This document shows positions 38,904-48,695 of a DNA stretch of 64,000 bases, piece after piece; position 1 is the stretch's first letter, and every line of letters starts with the position of its first letter. A program made the position numbers and the translations under genes. This DNA is from Steroidobacteraceae bacterium (GTDB taxonomy: Bacteria; Pseudomonadota; Gammaproteobacteria; Steroidobacterales; Steroidobacteraceae): NCBI GenBank assembly GCA_050012215.1, contig JBEKHO010000017.1, positions 13,888-77,887 on the forward strand. The letters are read 5' to 3'. The notes under the pieces were generated by a model. That model searched no databases. It had not been told where the DNA came from and saw nothing but the letters and a program-made list of their open reading frames with translations.

Positions 38904-40314
38904 CACCGGCTGGCGCAACATCGGCGGCTGGCGCAGCAACGGCGCCTGGCGCAGCGTGACGTTGCGCTTGAGTCTCTGGTATGCGCTGCTGTTTACCGCG
39001 AGCGCGGGAGTGCTGTTCGGCCTTTCGTATTTTTTGCTGGGCGCCGCTCTCGAACGCAAGGATCACGAGGTGATCGAAACCCGCCTCCGAGCCTGTGCCG
39101 CGATTTACGACGGCGGCGGCGTCGGGGCGCTGCAGGAATTCGTCCAGCGCAGCCGGGATACCGACAAAGCCAATGGGTTTTTCGTCAGGGTCGCAAACCC
39201 CTCGGGCAACGCCTTGCTGCTCGATGTACCTCAGGATTGGGTGCAGTTCGATCCCGCCGCCTTGAGCCCCGGCGGCGATCCGGCGCATCTCGTCTGGCTC
39301 AAAATTCCCAGGGACCAGGAAACGGATGTCACCGTCGCGTCGGCGCGCTTGGCCGACGGCTCGACGGTGGAAGTGGGGCGCAAGACCAACAACCGCGAGG
39401 CCATACTGCAGCCGTTCCGCCTGAACTTCCTCGCGGTGATGACGCCTGCCCTGTTGCTCGGCGTGATCGGCGGCGCTTTGTTTGCGCATCGTGCCACCAA
39501 ACCCGTGCGCCAGGTCGTCGCCACCGCCCGTTCCATCATCGACACGGGCGATCTCTCGGCACGCGTCGAGGCCACCTCCGAACAGGGCGGTCTCGAGGAA
39601 TTGGCGCGCCAATTCAATCGCGTGCTCGACAGAAACCAGGCGCTGATCCAAGGCATGCGCGAGGCATTGGACAACGTGGCGCACGATCTGCGCACGCCGC
39701 TCGCGCGGCTTCGAAGCATAGCGGAGGCGGCGGTGCAGACGACCTCGGACCCCGCCGCCGAGGAAGCGCTCGCCGACTGCGTCGAGGAGGCCGATCAGGT
39801 CCTCACCATGCTGACCGCGCTGATGGACATCACGGAAGCCGAATCGGGTGTCATGCACCTCAACCTGGAGGCCAGGTCGGTATCCGAATTGCTCGACGAT
39901 GTGATCGACATCTACCAACTGGTCGCGGAGGAAAAGCGCATCGCCGTCACGGCGGACCTCGAGCCGCCCTGCACCGCCTCGGTGGATCGGGTGCGCATGC
40001 GCCAGGTGTTCGCCAATCTTCTCGACAATGCGCTGAAATACACCGCGGAAGGCGGCACCGTGCGCATCTCCTGCGGCAGCGACGCGGAGCGCGTGATCGT
40101 CGTCGTCGCCGACACGGGCATGGGCATATCGGTGGAGGAGCAGGGTCGCATCTGGGGGCGCCTATATCGCGGCGACAAGAGCCGCTCGCAGCGTGGGCTG
40201 GGACTGGGATTGAGTCTGGTGAAGGCAATCGTCGAGGCGCACGGGGGCGATGTGTCGGTGCAGAGCAAAATCGGACAGGGATCCACCTTCACCGTCTCGT
40301 TGCCGGCAAACTGA
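38884..40314 (+). CDS. sensor histidine kinase (two TM, HAMP, HisKA, HATPase)
   Basis: ATG at 38884 overlaps the regulator gene by 20 nt. H-box [10 protein letters not shown]-box [11 protein letters not shown]-boxes DTGMGI and GLGLGLSLV. Confidence 0.9.
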   Translation: MSSSLPSTGWRNIGGWRSNGAWRSVTLRLSLWYALLFTASAGVLFGLSYFLLGAALERKDHEVIETRLRACAAIYDGGGVGALQEFVQRSRDTDKANGFFVRVANPSGNALLLDVPQDWVQFDPAALSPGGDPAHLVWLKIPRDQETDVTVASARLADGSTVEVGRKTNNREAILQPFRLNFLAVMTPALLLGVIGGALFAHRATKPVRQVVATARSIIDTGDLSARVEATSEQGGLEELARQFNRVLDRNQALIQGMREALDNVAHDLRTPLARLRSIAEAAVQTTSDPAAEEALADCVEEADQVLTMLTALMDITEAESGVMHLNLEARSVSELLDDVIDIYQLVAEEKRIAVTADLEPPCTASVDRVRMRQVFANLLDNALKYTAEGGTVRISCGSDAERVIVVVADTGMGISVEEQGRIWGRLYRGDKSRSQRGLGLGLSLVKAIVEAHGGDVSVQSKIGQGSTFTVSLPAN

Positions 40315-40337
40315 CGAGGCGCGGCGGCGGCCCCGCC

Positions 40338-41033
40338 TCACCTCGGGTCGTTGGGGCCTGGGATCACCGCGGCGAGTTCGGTCGCGGCGACCCACCCCTC
40401 CCGTCCCTGCGAATCGCGAATCAGCTCGAAGCCTGCGTGCCGCTCGAGCACCCGCACCGCAGCCGCCGCCGGAACTTGGAACAGTGCATCGGCGCCTGCG
40501 ACGGGCGAGACGCTGGCCGGCGCCGCTCGCAATGCGATGGACTCGGACAGCACGGCCGAAGTCGCGGCCGCGTTGAAGGCGCTCGCTCCCACCGCGGCGA
40601 TGCCGAGCACCGTGCCGGCGAGCAACAATCCGCGAAAACGGGGACTGAATCGAAGCGCGAGCACACAGCCCCCGCCCAGCGCGAGACCGGTGATGCCGAC
40701 CCAGTAGAGCGTGTTCGGATCGGCGAATCTACCGTTCTCGCCGAGCCAGCCGCTGCTCTCCGGCAGTCCCGCGGACTCCCGAACGCGATGCAGATTCCAG
40801 CGCAGATCCGCATCCGTCGGGTCGAGCACGCGAGCCCGCTCATAATCGAGCACCGCGAGGGGCGCATTACCCGAGCGCGCGTACGCATTGGCCGAGTTGT
40901 ATAGTTGGGCCGCGGTATTACCGGCCGATATCGGCAAAACGGGTGGTGCCGGGCCTTGAGCCCTCAAGTCACCGCCGTGAATGCCGAGCACCATCACTGC
41001 CGCAAGTGATCCGGTGAGTCGCCTGATGCTCAT
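40338..41033 (-). CDS. BatE-like protein (TPR + TM + SH3-like C-terminus)
   Basis: 231 aa with a signal peptide and a TPR-like segment (AQLYNSANAYARSGNAPLAVLDYERARVLDP). C-terminal SH3-like VRVLERHAGFELIRDSQGREGWVA. ATGA overlap with batD. Confidence 0.7.
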   Translation of the reverse strand: MSIRRLTGSLAAVMVLGIHGGDLRAQGPAPPVLPISAGNTAAQLYNSANAYARSGNAPLAVLDYERARVLDPTDADLRWNLHRVRESAGLPESSGWLGENGRFADPNTLYWVGITGLALGGGCVLALRFSPRFRGLLLAGTVLGIAAVGASAFNAAATSAVLSESIALRAAPASVSPVAGADALFQVPAAAAVRVLERHAGFELIRDSQGREGWVAATELAAVIPGPNDPR

Positions 41034-42889
41034 GGCGATGTCCCATCATCCAAGTTACGCAGCACGATCTGTTTCCATTGACGGAAGTCCAGCGGCGTCA
41101 GTTTCAGATTCGAATAGGCGGCCTCGTCCGCGACCAGAAAGGTGCGCGCGATTTCATGGTCCGATCCCAATCTGGAGACGACTTCCTCGGTGGTCACTTC
41201 GGGGAGGGTGAGATTCCAGCGAGATGCCAGCACCGCGCCAAGCGCACGGCGCGCTGCCGCGAAGAAAGACTGCACGTTGCCCGCCGCCGCCCATGCGTTC
41301 ATTTCCTCCCCGAGCGATTCGCTCGACGGCAGCATGAAAGGCTCCACGCGGACTGCCCGGTTTTGGCGCTCGTCCCGGCGCAGCCAGAACCAGGCCGTCG
41401 ACAGCCCGATCAAGATCAGGGGCGGTAACGCCCAGTACGCGGGTTGGAAGTAGAAGGGCATCAGGGATCTTGTCCGGCCACTGCCCTCGTCCGGATGATC
41501 GGGCCGCCATGCCTGCAGCGCTTGCGGGCCGGCGAGGTTCGGTGCGGCACCGGAGGGGGCCGCCCCGGCGCCGCTCGCCAGCGGCACGCCTCCCGCTGCC
41601 GGCGTGATCGCCACGGTCAGAGGTTCCGTATGCGCTTCCTCATAACGCCGGGTGACCGGATCGAACCAGCTGAAATGCACTTCGGGAACGGGTCGAGTTC
41701 CCGGCTCGAGCGACATCAGGGGCTGCTCGAATACCTTCTCACCGCGATAGCCGATTTCGTCCTCGGGTTTGAAATTCGCGGTCGGTGTATAGGTCTTCCA
41801 GCCGTCGGCATCGTGCAGCATGGGGGAGGAGACGCGTTGGAAATCTCCTTCCCCCGACACCCGCATTCGCAGTGTGATCGGATCACCCTCGGCCGCCTTG
41901 TCTTGCGAGATCTCACTCGAGACCGCGAACTTCCCCACCGCGCCGCTGAACTCCGCCGGACGGCCCTCGGTCGGCAGAGGCAGCACGGTGAAGGTTTCCG
42001 GAGCGCTCGAGACCGTCACGTCGCGCTGCGTAGAGGCACCGAAAAAACTTTGAAAGGCGGGATCATTGAACAGGTCCTCGAAACCGGACCCGCTGAAGAA
42101 TCCGCCGTCCGGGCGACCGGGAGCGCGGACGCGCACGGTAAGCGGTGTATCCATGGTCAACGAAAGCGTGCCCGGTTTGACCGCTACCAGGGCCGTGTGC
42201 CAGGTGAACACGATGAACGGTTTGCCGTCGACGGTTTCCTCGGTACGGGACGGATTTTCCGGCAACTTGCTCAAGGTGAACGCATCGCCGTTGAGGGTCG
42301 GCGGCCCGTTGAGCGAGGCGACCATTCCGTCGCGGGCCCCGACCTGAATGTCGACCGGCACCATCTCGCCCACATACAACTCGTGCTTGGACAGCCGCAG
42401 GCGGACAAAGGCAGCACCCGAGGCCCCCTGCCGCGTGGAGTCGGCCGGCAAGGAAGAAGATGGCTGCGCCGGAGTGCCTTGGACAGATCCGCCGGGCGCT
42501 TGGCCATTAGGGACCGATCCCGCGCCACGGGTCACGGTCAACACCACCGGCTCGGCGCCCGGCAAGGCGCTCGGGATGCTGAACACCCCGGCCTGCTGTG
42601 CGATCACCTGATAGGTCACCGTGGTTCTGGCGCTCGTGACTCCGTTGATGATCTGCACCTGTTGGGATTGTCCGACGGCTAGAAACTCCAGGCCCGGCAC
42701 CATGGGCGGAGTAATGGCGGGCATTTCGCTGCCGATCGAGGTAATCGTCAATTGTGCGCTGTCGCCCAGGGCGATGGTCGACGGCTCGATGCTCTGTAAC
42801 GCGGTGCCCGCCGGCGCCGCACACGCCAGCGCTCCCATCAGCACCAGGCCAATCATGGCGAACCACGCATTCAGCCCATACCGCTTCAC
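41030..42889 (-). CDS. batD: BatD family protein (oxygen-tolerance family)
   Basis: GTG at 42889 has an AAGGA RBS. Signal peptide, long beta-rich periplasmic region, C-terminal TM (YWALPPLILIGLSTAWFWL) and a cytoplasmic tail. Position is after the VWA genes. Confidence 0.75.
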   Translation of the reverse strand: MKRYGLNAWFAMIGLVLMGALACAAPAGTALQSIEPSTIALGDSAQLTITSIGSEMPAITPPMVPGLEFLAVGQSQQVQIINGVTSARTTVTYQVIAQQAGVFSIPSALPGAEPVVLTVTRGAGSVPNGQAPGGSVQGTPAQPSSSLPADSTRQGASGAAFVRLRLSKHELYVGEMVPVDIQVGARDGMVASLNGPPTLNGDAFTLSKLPENPSRTEETVDGKPFIVFTWHTALVAVKPGTLSLTMDTPLTVRVRAPGRPDGGFFSGSGFEDLFNDPAFQSFFGASTQRDVTVSSAPETFTVLPLPTEGRPAEFSGAVGKFAVSSEISQDKAAEGDPITLRMRVSGEGDFQRVSSPMLHDADGWKTYTPTANFKPEDEIGYRGEKVFEQPLMSLEPGTRPVPEVHFSWFDPVTRRYEEAHTEPLTVAITPAAGGVPLASGAGAAPSGAAPNLAGPQALQAWRPDHPDEGSGRTRSLMPFYFQPAYWALPPLILIGLSTAWFWLRRDERQNRAVRVEPFMLPSSESLGEEMNAWAAAGNVQSFFAAARRALGAVLASRWNLTLPEVTTEEVVSRLGSDHEIARTFLVADEAAYSNLKLTPLDFRQWKQIVLRNLDDGTSP

Positions 42890-42893
42890 GATT

Positions 42894-44915
42894 TCACCAG
42901 TCCTTCGAAGGCTGTTGCGGCCGCGCATCCGCTGCGGAGTTTCCGGCAGACGGCGCGGAGGGGGAATTCGTCGGGGCGCGACGCTCTTCGTCCTTCACCG
43001 AATCGAGCAACTCGCGGGCTTCCTCCGCACTCATCTGCCCAGGTATACGCTGCTCGTCCGCGTGCTCCGTGCCGTCGCGGTTTTGTGAGGTTTGCGTGTT
43101 GCCGCCGGCTGCGCTAACGGGCCCTTGTCGCGGCTGTTGAGACTCGCGTTGCTGGTCCTGGCGAGCGTCCTGTGGCTCGCGACCTTGGTCCTGCTGCGGC
43201 TGGCTTTGATCTGCAGCGCTCGGCTGATCCTTGTTCGCACTCCGATTTTGCGAACTGCCCGATGAGGCTTGCGATTGATCTTTCGATTCCCCTTGGTTTT
43301 GATTTTGGTTTTGATTTTGGTTTTGGGATTGCCCCTGCTGAGGCTGGCTTTGCTTAGGCTGACTTTGCTGTTGCTTCTTGAGCTGCTCCAGTTTCCTGTT
43401 CACGAGGTCACGGTTGAATTTACTGTCGGCATCGTCGGCGCGCAGCTGCAGAGCGGCCTGGTAAGCCTTCACCGCCCCTGTCCAAGTCTCCATGGTCTTA
43501 GCTAAGTCGCTCTTCTCCGTTTTCTGCCCTTCTCGATACAGGGTGTTGCCGAGGTTGTAAAACGCATCCTGCTGCTCGGCCAGGCGTTCAGCGGACCCGG
43601 ATTTCGCGGCATCGAGCGAGGACTGAAAATGTTTCGCGGCGACGGGATAATCGCCCGCCTTGTAAGCGGCAGTGCCCGCGTCGAATTTCAACACGGGCTG
43701 CGACGGATCCCGAGCCGCAGCCTGCGCATAGTCGCGCTGCGCCTTGGAAAAATCCCCTCTCTGATAGGCTGATGCCGCGGTAGCAGGCGAGGCCTGCGCC
43801 GGATGCGCGGTCGCGAACCACAGAAGTGCAGTCGCGGCGCAGGACGCCGTCGTGGCGCCGGATGCGGAACGCTGCGAGGACCTCGAGGCGATCACTGCCT
43901 CGCGTGGCGATGGCGCGCGGCGCCGGGTGCCGACCAGCAGACTCGACAACAGGCAGCCCAGAGACAGGGTCAGCGGCCATTGATATCGCTCGATGTACAC
44001 CTTCTCGGTGCGAAACTCCAAATCGTGCTTGGCAAGCGGCGCCAGCGCTTGGGCGTAAATCAGCTCCAGTCCCTGGTTCTGCGCGCCCAGAGGGGCATAG
44101 GTACCGCCGGTGGCTCGAGCCAGCGCTTTGAGCGCGGGCTCGTCCAGTCGCGAGCGCACGAAGCGTCCTTCGTTATCTTTCAGGAACCCGCCGCCCTGAT
44201 CGGCGGGCAGCGGAATCAGATCCCCATTGGCGGAACCGACGCCGACGGTGTAGATCTTCAATCCGTCCTGCAGGAAGGCCGCCTTGGCCGTGCCCAGCGC
44301 GTCGCCCTCGAGGTCCTCGCCGTCCGTCACCAGAATCAGGACCTTGTCGCTACCCGCACGACTGTGCAGCGCGGACTGCGCAGCTCGTATGGCGCTGCTG
44401 ATATCGGTTCCACCGCGCGGGATGACGTGCGTGTCGAGCGCGGCCAGAGACTCGTGAAACGCGCCATAATCGAGCGTCAGCGGACACTGCAGGAAAGCGC
44501 TGCCCGCGAACGCCACGAGCCCCACGGCATCCCCGTCCAAGCGCCCGACGAAATCGTCGATCGCCAATTTGGCGCGCACGAGACGATCGGGTTTCACATC
44601 CGGCGTCAGCATGCTTCGCGAGGTGTCGACGGCGAAGATGATGTCGTTGCCGCGCCGCTTCAGCTGTTCCCAGCGAAAGCCCGCCTGCGGCTCGGCGAGC
44701 GCCACGAACAGCAGCGCCACCGCGGCGATGAACAGGCCTCGCTTCAGACGACGGCGCGAAGCAGATATGGAGCGTGTCAGCTCCAGCCTCAGGTGAGCGG
44801 ATACGAACACCTCGAGCGCCTTGCGCTGACGTGCATCGTATCTAAGCCACGTCAAAAGCGCAGCGAGGCAGGCCACGAATCCCACGGCAAGCCAGCCGGG
44901 ATGAGCAAAGATCAC
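42894..44915 (-). CDS. batB: VWA domain protein fused to TPR region (BatB/BatC-like) with Q/N/S-rich tail
   Basis: GTG at 44915 overlaps the batA stop (GTGA). MIDAS FAVDTSRSM, then TM, TPR-like repeats (AYQRGDFSKAQRDYAQAA..., AYKAGDYPVAAKHF), then a low-complexity Gln-rich tail. Confidence 0.8.
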   Translation of the reverse strand: MIFAHPGWLAVGFVACLAALLTWLRYDARQRKALEVFVSAHLRLELTRSISASRRRLKRGLFIAAVALLFVALAEPQAGFRWEQLKRRGNDIIFAVDTSRSMLTPDVKPDRLVRAKLAIDDFVGRLDGDAVGLVAFAGSAFLQCPLTLDYGAFHESLAALDTHVIPRGGTDISSAIRAAQSALHSRAGSDKVLILVTDGEDLEGDALGTAKAAFLQDGLKIYTVGVGSANGDLIPLPADQGGGFLKDNEGRFVRSRLDEPALKALARATGGTYAPLGAQNQGLELIYAQALAPLAKHDLEFRTEKVYIERYQWPLTLSLGCLLSSLLVGTRRRAPSPREAVIASRSSQRSASGATTASCAATALLWFATAHPAQASPATAASAYQRGDFSKAQRDYAQAAARDPSQPVLKFDAGTAAYKAGDYPVAAKHFQSSLDAAKSGSAERLAEQQDAFYNLGNTLYREGQKTEKSDLAKTMETWTGAVKAYQAALQLRADDADSKFNRDLVNRKLEQLKKQQQSQPKQSQPQQGQSQNQNQNQNQNQGESKDQSQASSGSSQNRSANKDQPSAADQSQPQQDQGREPQDARQDQQRESQQPRQGPVSAAGGNTQTSQNRDGTEHADEQRIPGQMSAEEARELLDSVKDEERRAPTNSPSAPSAGNSAADARPQQPSKDW
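43293..43328 (-). repeat. short tandem repeat encoding (QN)n inside the batB/C tail
   Basis: Plus strand reads ggttttgattttggttttgattttggttttggg. The 12-nt unit GGTTTTGATTTT is repeated and translates on the minus strand to QNQNQNQNQNQ. Confidence 0.8.
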
Positions 44916-45910
44916 GGAAGCCTCCGGAAGCGGGTGTGCTCCAGTCCGAAACCGAGCCCCAGCAACGCGAGCGCCGGAAACAACGCCCATCGATACAACT
45001 CTTCGTAGCGCTCGAACCGATGCGCGACCTGCGCGCTCTTCTCGAGGCGATTGATCTGCTCGTAGATCTCTTTGAGCGAGTCCGTATCCGTCGCGCGATA
45101 GAACGACCCTGCGGTCAGCGAGGCTATCGATTGCAGCGTTTTCTCATCCACATCGACCTTGGCCATCACCAGCCGGGTATTGCCGAAGTTGTCCCGGACG
45201 GGAATCGGCGCCTCACCGCGAACGCCGACGGCGATGGTATAGACCTTGACGCCGAGCGTCTTCGCGGCCTCGGCGGCGGCCAGCGGCGAGATCCGCCCCG
45301 AGTTGTTCATTCCATCGGTGAGCAGGATGACGATCTTGGATTTGGCGTGTGAGTCGCGCAGCCGGTTCACCGCGGTCGCGATGGCCGAGCCGATGGCCGT
45401 ACCGTCATCGACGCCGCCCACCGCGACCCGATCGAGATTCTGCCGCAGCCAATCGTGATCGAGCGTCAGCGGGCTGACCAGGTACGGTGCACCCGCGAAT
45501 GCGACCACGCCGATGCGGTCGTCGGGACGCTCGTCGATGAATCTCGACACCACGGATTTGACCACGTCGATGCGGTTGACGCGCTCGCCGTTGATTCTGA
45601 AGTCCATCGCCTGCATGGAACCCGACACATCGAGACCCAACATGATGTCGATGCCGTTCGCGGTAACCTCGGTGCGTCCATGTGCCAACTGGGGGCGAGC
45701 CAGCCCGACGATCAGGAATGCGGCGCCGAGCACCGGCAACAGCCACAGCCATCGGCCGATTCGGCTCCTGGCGTCCCGCGCAACGGCGCGCGCCAATCCC
45801 ACACTCGAATATTGGACGGCAGCGACCTGCCCTTTGCGCCCGCGCCAAAGCAACACGAGCGGCAGCAGCGCCAGCAGCCACAACCACTCAGGTTGAAGGA
45901 AGTGAAACAC
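44912..45910 (-). CDS. batA: VWA domain protein BatA
   Basis: 332 aa. N-terminal MFHFLQPEWLWLLALLPLVLLW, MIDAS LGLDVSGSM, C-terminal TM. Confidence 0.85.
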   Translation of the reverse strand: MFHFLQPEWLWLLALLPLVLLWRGRKGQVAAVQYSSVGLARAVARDARSRIGRWLWLLPVLGAAFLIVGLARPQLAHGRTEVTANGIDIMLGLDVSGSMQAMDFRINGERVNRIDVVKSVVSRFIDERPDDRIGVVAFAGAPYLVSPLTLDHDWLRQNLDRVAVGGVDDGTAIGSAIATAVNRLRDSHAKSKIVILLTDGMNNSGRISPLAAAEAAKTLGVKVYTIAVGVRGEAPIPVRDNFGNTRLVMAKVDVDEKTLQSIASLTAGSFYRATDTDSLKEIYEQINRLEKSAQVAHRFERYEELYRWALFPALALLGLGFGLEHTRFRRLP

Positions 45911-46565
45911 GGGGCTTGCCCGAAGCGCTTGGGGTGGGCCGGCCGGCCGGCGCCGCGCCCTCGCTTACAGCCTCGGCCTGGTGGTCGCTCGAGGCTGACT
46001 GGATGAAACGGCGCGCGCTTTCGAGCATCGCGGTCATCTGGCCGATATCCAGATTCCAGCCGCCGAACTTGGCGAGATCGCACGACTGCAGGAAGTCACC
46101 GAGCAGCTCGCGGTGCGCCGCGAGTCCCGGGGCCGCGGAAACCACGAGGTCATGAAGGAATTCGTGAGTCGTGCGATGCGCCGCCATCACCTGGAAGCGT
46201 TGTTCGATGTATTCGCGCACGATGGCGGACACCTCGATGGAGAAGTCGCGCGCGCGTCCCGGCTGCATCAGGGTGCGCGCCGCCTCCAGTCGATCGAGGG
46301 CCACCTCGAGGTCGGACTTCTCCGGTGCTTTGCGCCGGCGCTTGATCCATCTCCACAGGGCGTAAGCCGACAACGCCAAGATGACTCCCCCGCCGACCAA
46401 GGCCCAAACGGTCCAAGCCGAGGCAACGGGCTTCGGTCCGCGGATATCGCGGATATCGTCGGCCGGCGCCGCATTCGCGGTGATCGCAAAAAGCATGCAA
46501 CCAACCATGGCGGCGCCAAGCTGCGCCGTTCGGGCAGTAAAGCACCCCAGCAACCGCGCGTTCAC
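45888..46565 (-). CDS. DUF4381 domain protein
   Basis: GTG start overlaps the DUF58 stop (GTGA). Signal/TM, DIRDIRGP motif followed by a TM and a RRRK stop-transfer. Position between DUF58 and batA is typical. Confidence 0.7.
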   Translation of the reverse strand: MNARLLGCFTARTAQLGAAMVGCMLFAITANAAPADDIRDIRGPKPVASAWTVWALVGGGVILALSAYALWRWIKRRRKAPEKSDLEVALDRLEAARTLMQPGRARDFSIEVSAIVREYIEQRFQVMAAHRTTHEFLHDLVVSAAPGLAAHRELLGDFLQSCDLAKFGGWNLDIGQMTAMLESARRFIQSASSDHQAEAVSEGAAPAGRPTPSASGKPRVSLPST

Positions 46566-47473
46566 AGCCGCCTTCTCTCGCGCGACCTGAAAAAACGCTG
46601 CAGTGCCGGCAAATAGGGCGCATCGGTGCTGAGTTCCAACGTATCGACGCCCTCCGAGCGAATGTCGGCGATCAGGCGCTGCGCGCGCTTCGTCGACTCC
46701 TCGCCGAAACGGCGCCGTATCGCCGCACTTCCGGTATCGATTTCGATCACCTCGCCGGACTCCGCATCCTCGAGCGCCAACACACCCAGATCGGGGAGCG
46801 TCCTTTCGCGTGGATCCTCGATGTGTACGGCGACGAGATCATGCCGGCGATTGGTCTGTTTCAAGGCCCTGCGCAACGGCGGCCGGGTCGCGGATTCGGG
46901 CCCGTTCGACTGGAAATCCGATATCAGAAACACCACCGCCCGCCGGTGCAGGAGTTGGCCGGCAACCTCCAGCGCCTTGACCGTATCGGTGCCCCGACCC
47001 TCGGCGGTGTGATAGAGAATCTCGCGCACCACGCGCAGCACGTGACGCCGCCCCTTTTTGGGAGGTATGTATTCCTCGACGCGATCGGTGTAGAGGAGCA
47101 GCCCCACCTTGTCGCTGTTGCGGATGGCGGACAGCGCCAGGAGGCTCGCCACCTCGCCCGCCAGGTCGCGCTTGCTCTGGCCTCCGGAACCGAAGTTGCC
47201 GGAGGCACTGATGTCCACCACGAGCAGTATGTTGAGCTCGCGCTCTTCGGTGTACTTCTTGACGAAGGGTCTTCCGGCACGCGCGGTCACGTTCCAGTCG
47301 ATCGACCGCACTTCGTCGCCGGGCACGTACTCGCGCACTTCGTCGAAGTCCATGCCGCGCCCTTTGAAGACCGAATGGTACTCGCCGATCAAGCTGTCGT
47401 TGACCAGCCGCCGGGTGCGTATCTCGAGCTGCCGCATCCGGCTCAGGATGGTTTTCACGGAAGCCGTGGGCAT
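46562..47473 (-). CDS. DUF58 domain protein (VWA-like, MoxR partner)
   Basis: 303 aa. Motifs GEYHSVFKGRGMDFDEVREYVPGD..R.IDWNVTAR are characteristic of DUF58. Confidence 0.85.
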   Translation of the reverse strand: MPTASVKTILSRMRQLEIRTRRLVNDSLIGEYHSVFKGRGMDFDEVREYVPGDEVRSIDWNVTARAGRPFVKKYTEERELNILLVVDISASGNFGSGGQSKRDLAGEVASLLALSAIRNSDKVGLLLYTDRVEEYIPPKKGRRHVLRVVREILYHTAEGRGTDTVKALEVAGQLLHRRAVVFLISDFQSNGPESATRPPLRRALKQTNRRHDLVAVHIEDPRERTLPDLGVLALEDAESGEVIEIDTGSAAIRRRFGEESTKRAQRLIADIRSEGVDTLELSTDAPYLPALQRFFRSRERRRL

Positions 47474-47500
47474 CGGCCTATGCTCCAGTACCGATGGCGA

Positions 47501-48580
47501 TCAGGGGACGGGAAGTTGATCGAGGATCTTGCGGATCACATCCTCGGCGGTGACGTTCTCGGCTTCCGCCTCGTAGCTCACCATGACGCGATGTCGCAGA
47601 ACGTCGAGCGCGATGGTCTTCACGTCCTGGGGAGTGACGAAATGCCGCCCGCTCAAAAAAGCCACCGCGCGCGCCGCGAGGCACAGGTTGATGGTGGCAC
47701 GCGGTGATGCGCCGTTCTGTATGTAGCCGTTCAAGTTGAACGACGCGGCCACGGGCGGCCGTGTGGCGAGCACCATATCGACGATGTAGTCCCGAATCTT
47801 GTCGTCGATATGGATGGCATTGACGACATGGCGCGCTCTCATGATCTGGTCGGCCGACACGATTCGGCGCACCGAAAGCGCGGGTTCCGAGGTTGCCATC
47901 GCGTCCAGGATGGCCCGCTCCTCGGCGCGATTGGGATAGCTGACGACGACCTTCATCATGAACCGGTCGATCTGCGCCTCGGGAAGCGGATACGTGCCTT
48001 CCTGTTCCAATGGATTTTGCGTGGCCAGGACGAGAAACGGATTGGGAAGCGGATAGGTCTCTTCGCCGATCGTGACCTGGTGTTCCTGCATCGCCTCGAG
48101 CAGAGCGCTCTGCACCTTGGCGGGTGCGCGATTGATTTCGTCCGCCAGGATCAGGTTGCTGAATATCGGACCGTGCTTGGTGCGGAATCCGCCGTCCTGC
48201 GGACTGTAGATCATGGTGCCCACGATGTCGGCGGGCAGCATGTCGGGGGTGAACTGCAGGCGCTTGAACTCCAGCGCCACCGTGCTCGCCAGCGTCTTCA
48301 AGGACAGGGTCTTCGCAAGACCGGGCACACCCTCGAGCAGCACGTGTCCATTGGTCAGAAGGGCGATGAGAAGCCGGTCCACGAGGTGCTTCTGCCCGAC
48401 GATGACCCGGGATATTTCGTGCCGCAGAGGCTTCGTCCACGCCGAATGCTCCTGCACGGTGTCGCGCAGCGCGCGGAAGGCATCGTTGGACTCCTCCGGC
48501 ACGCTCGATGCCGGAGCGACAGGTCTGTAGCGGGCGTCATTGACGCGCTTTTCAGCGCCGGCGGGCAGATCGGAACTCAT
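47501..48580 (-). CDS. moxR: MoxR family AAA+ ATPase
   Basis: ATG at 48580. Walker A EGVPGLAKT, Walker B ILADEINRA, sensor region ATQNPLEQEGTYPLPEAQIDRF. Confidence 0.9.
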   Translation of the reverse strand: MSSDLPAGAEKRVNDARYRPVAPASSVPEESNDAFRALRDTVQEHSAWTKPLRHEISRVIVGQKHLVDRLLIALLTNGHVLLEGVPGLAKTLSLKTLASTVALEFKRLQFTPDMLPADIVGTMIYSPQDGGFRTKHGPIFSNLILADEINRAPAKVQSALLEAMQEHQVTIGEETYPLPNPFLVLATQNPLEQEGTYPLPEAQIDRFMMKVVVSYPNRAEERAILDAMATSEPALSVRRIVSADQIMRARHVVNAIHIDDKIRDYIVDMVLATRPPVAASFNLNGYIQNGASPRATINLCLAARAVAFLSGRHFVTPQDVKTIALDVLRHRVMVSYEAEAENVTAEDVIRKILDQLPVP

Positions 48581-48642
48581 ATCGGCGGTCCTTCGGGTTG
48601 CGTGCTGCGCGTAGTACACCCGAGCCGGATGGCTCGAACCTT

Positions 48643-48686
48643 TCCGCAAAATTACAAAAATGAAAGGTGGCGCCTGATCGGGCGCC
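48643..48686 (-). terminator. candidate intrinsic terminator downstream of the MFS gene
   Basis: On the minus strand: GGCGCC-CGATCA-GGCGCC hairpin followed by ACCTTTCATTTTTGTAATTTTG. It starts 10 nt after the MFS stop codon. The stem is only 6 bp. Confidence 0.4.
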
Positions 48687-48695
48687 GTCTCGCCC

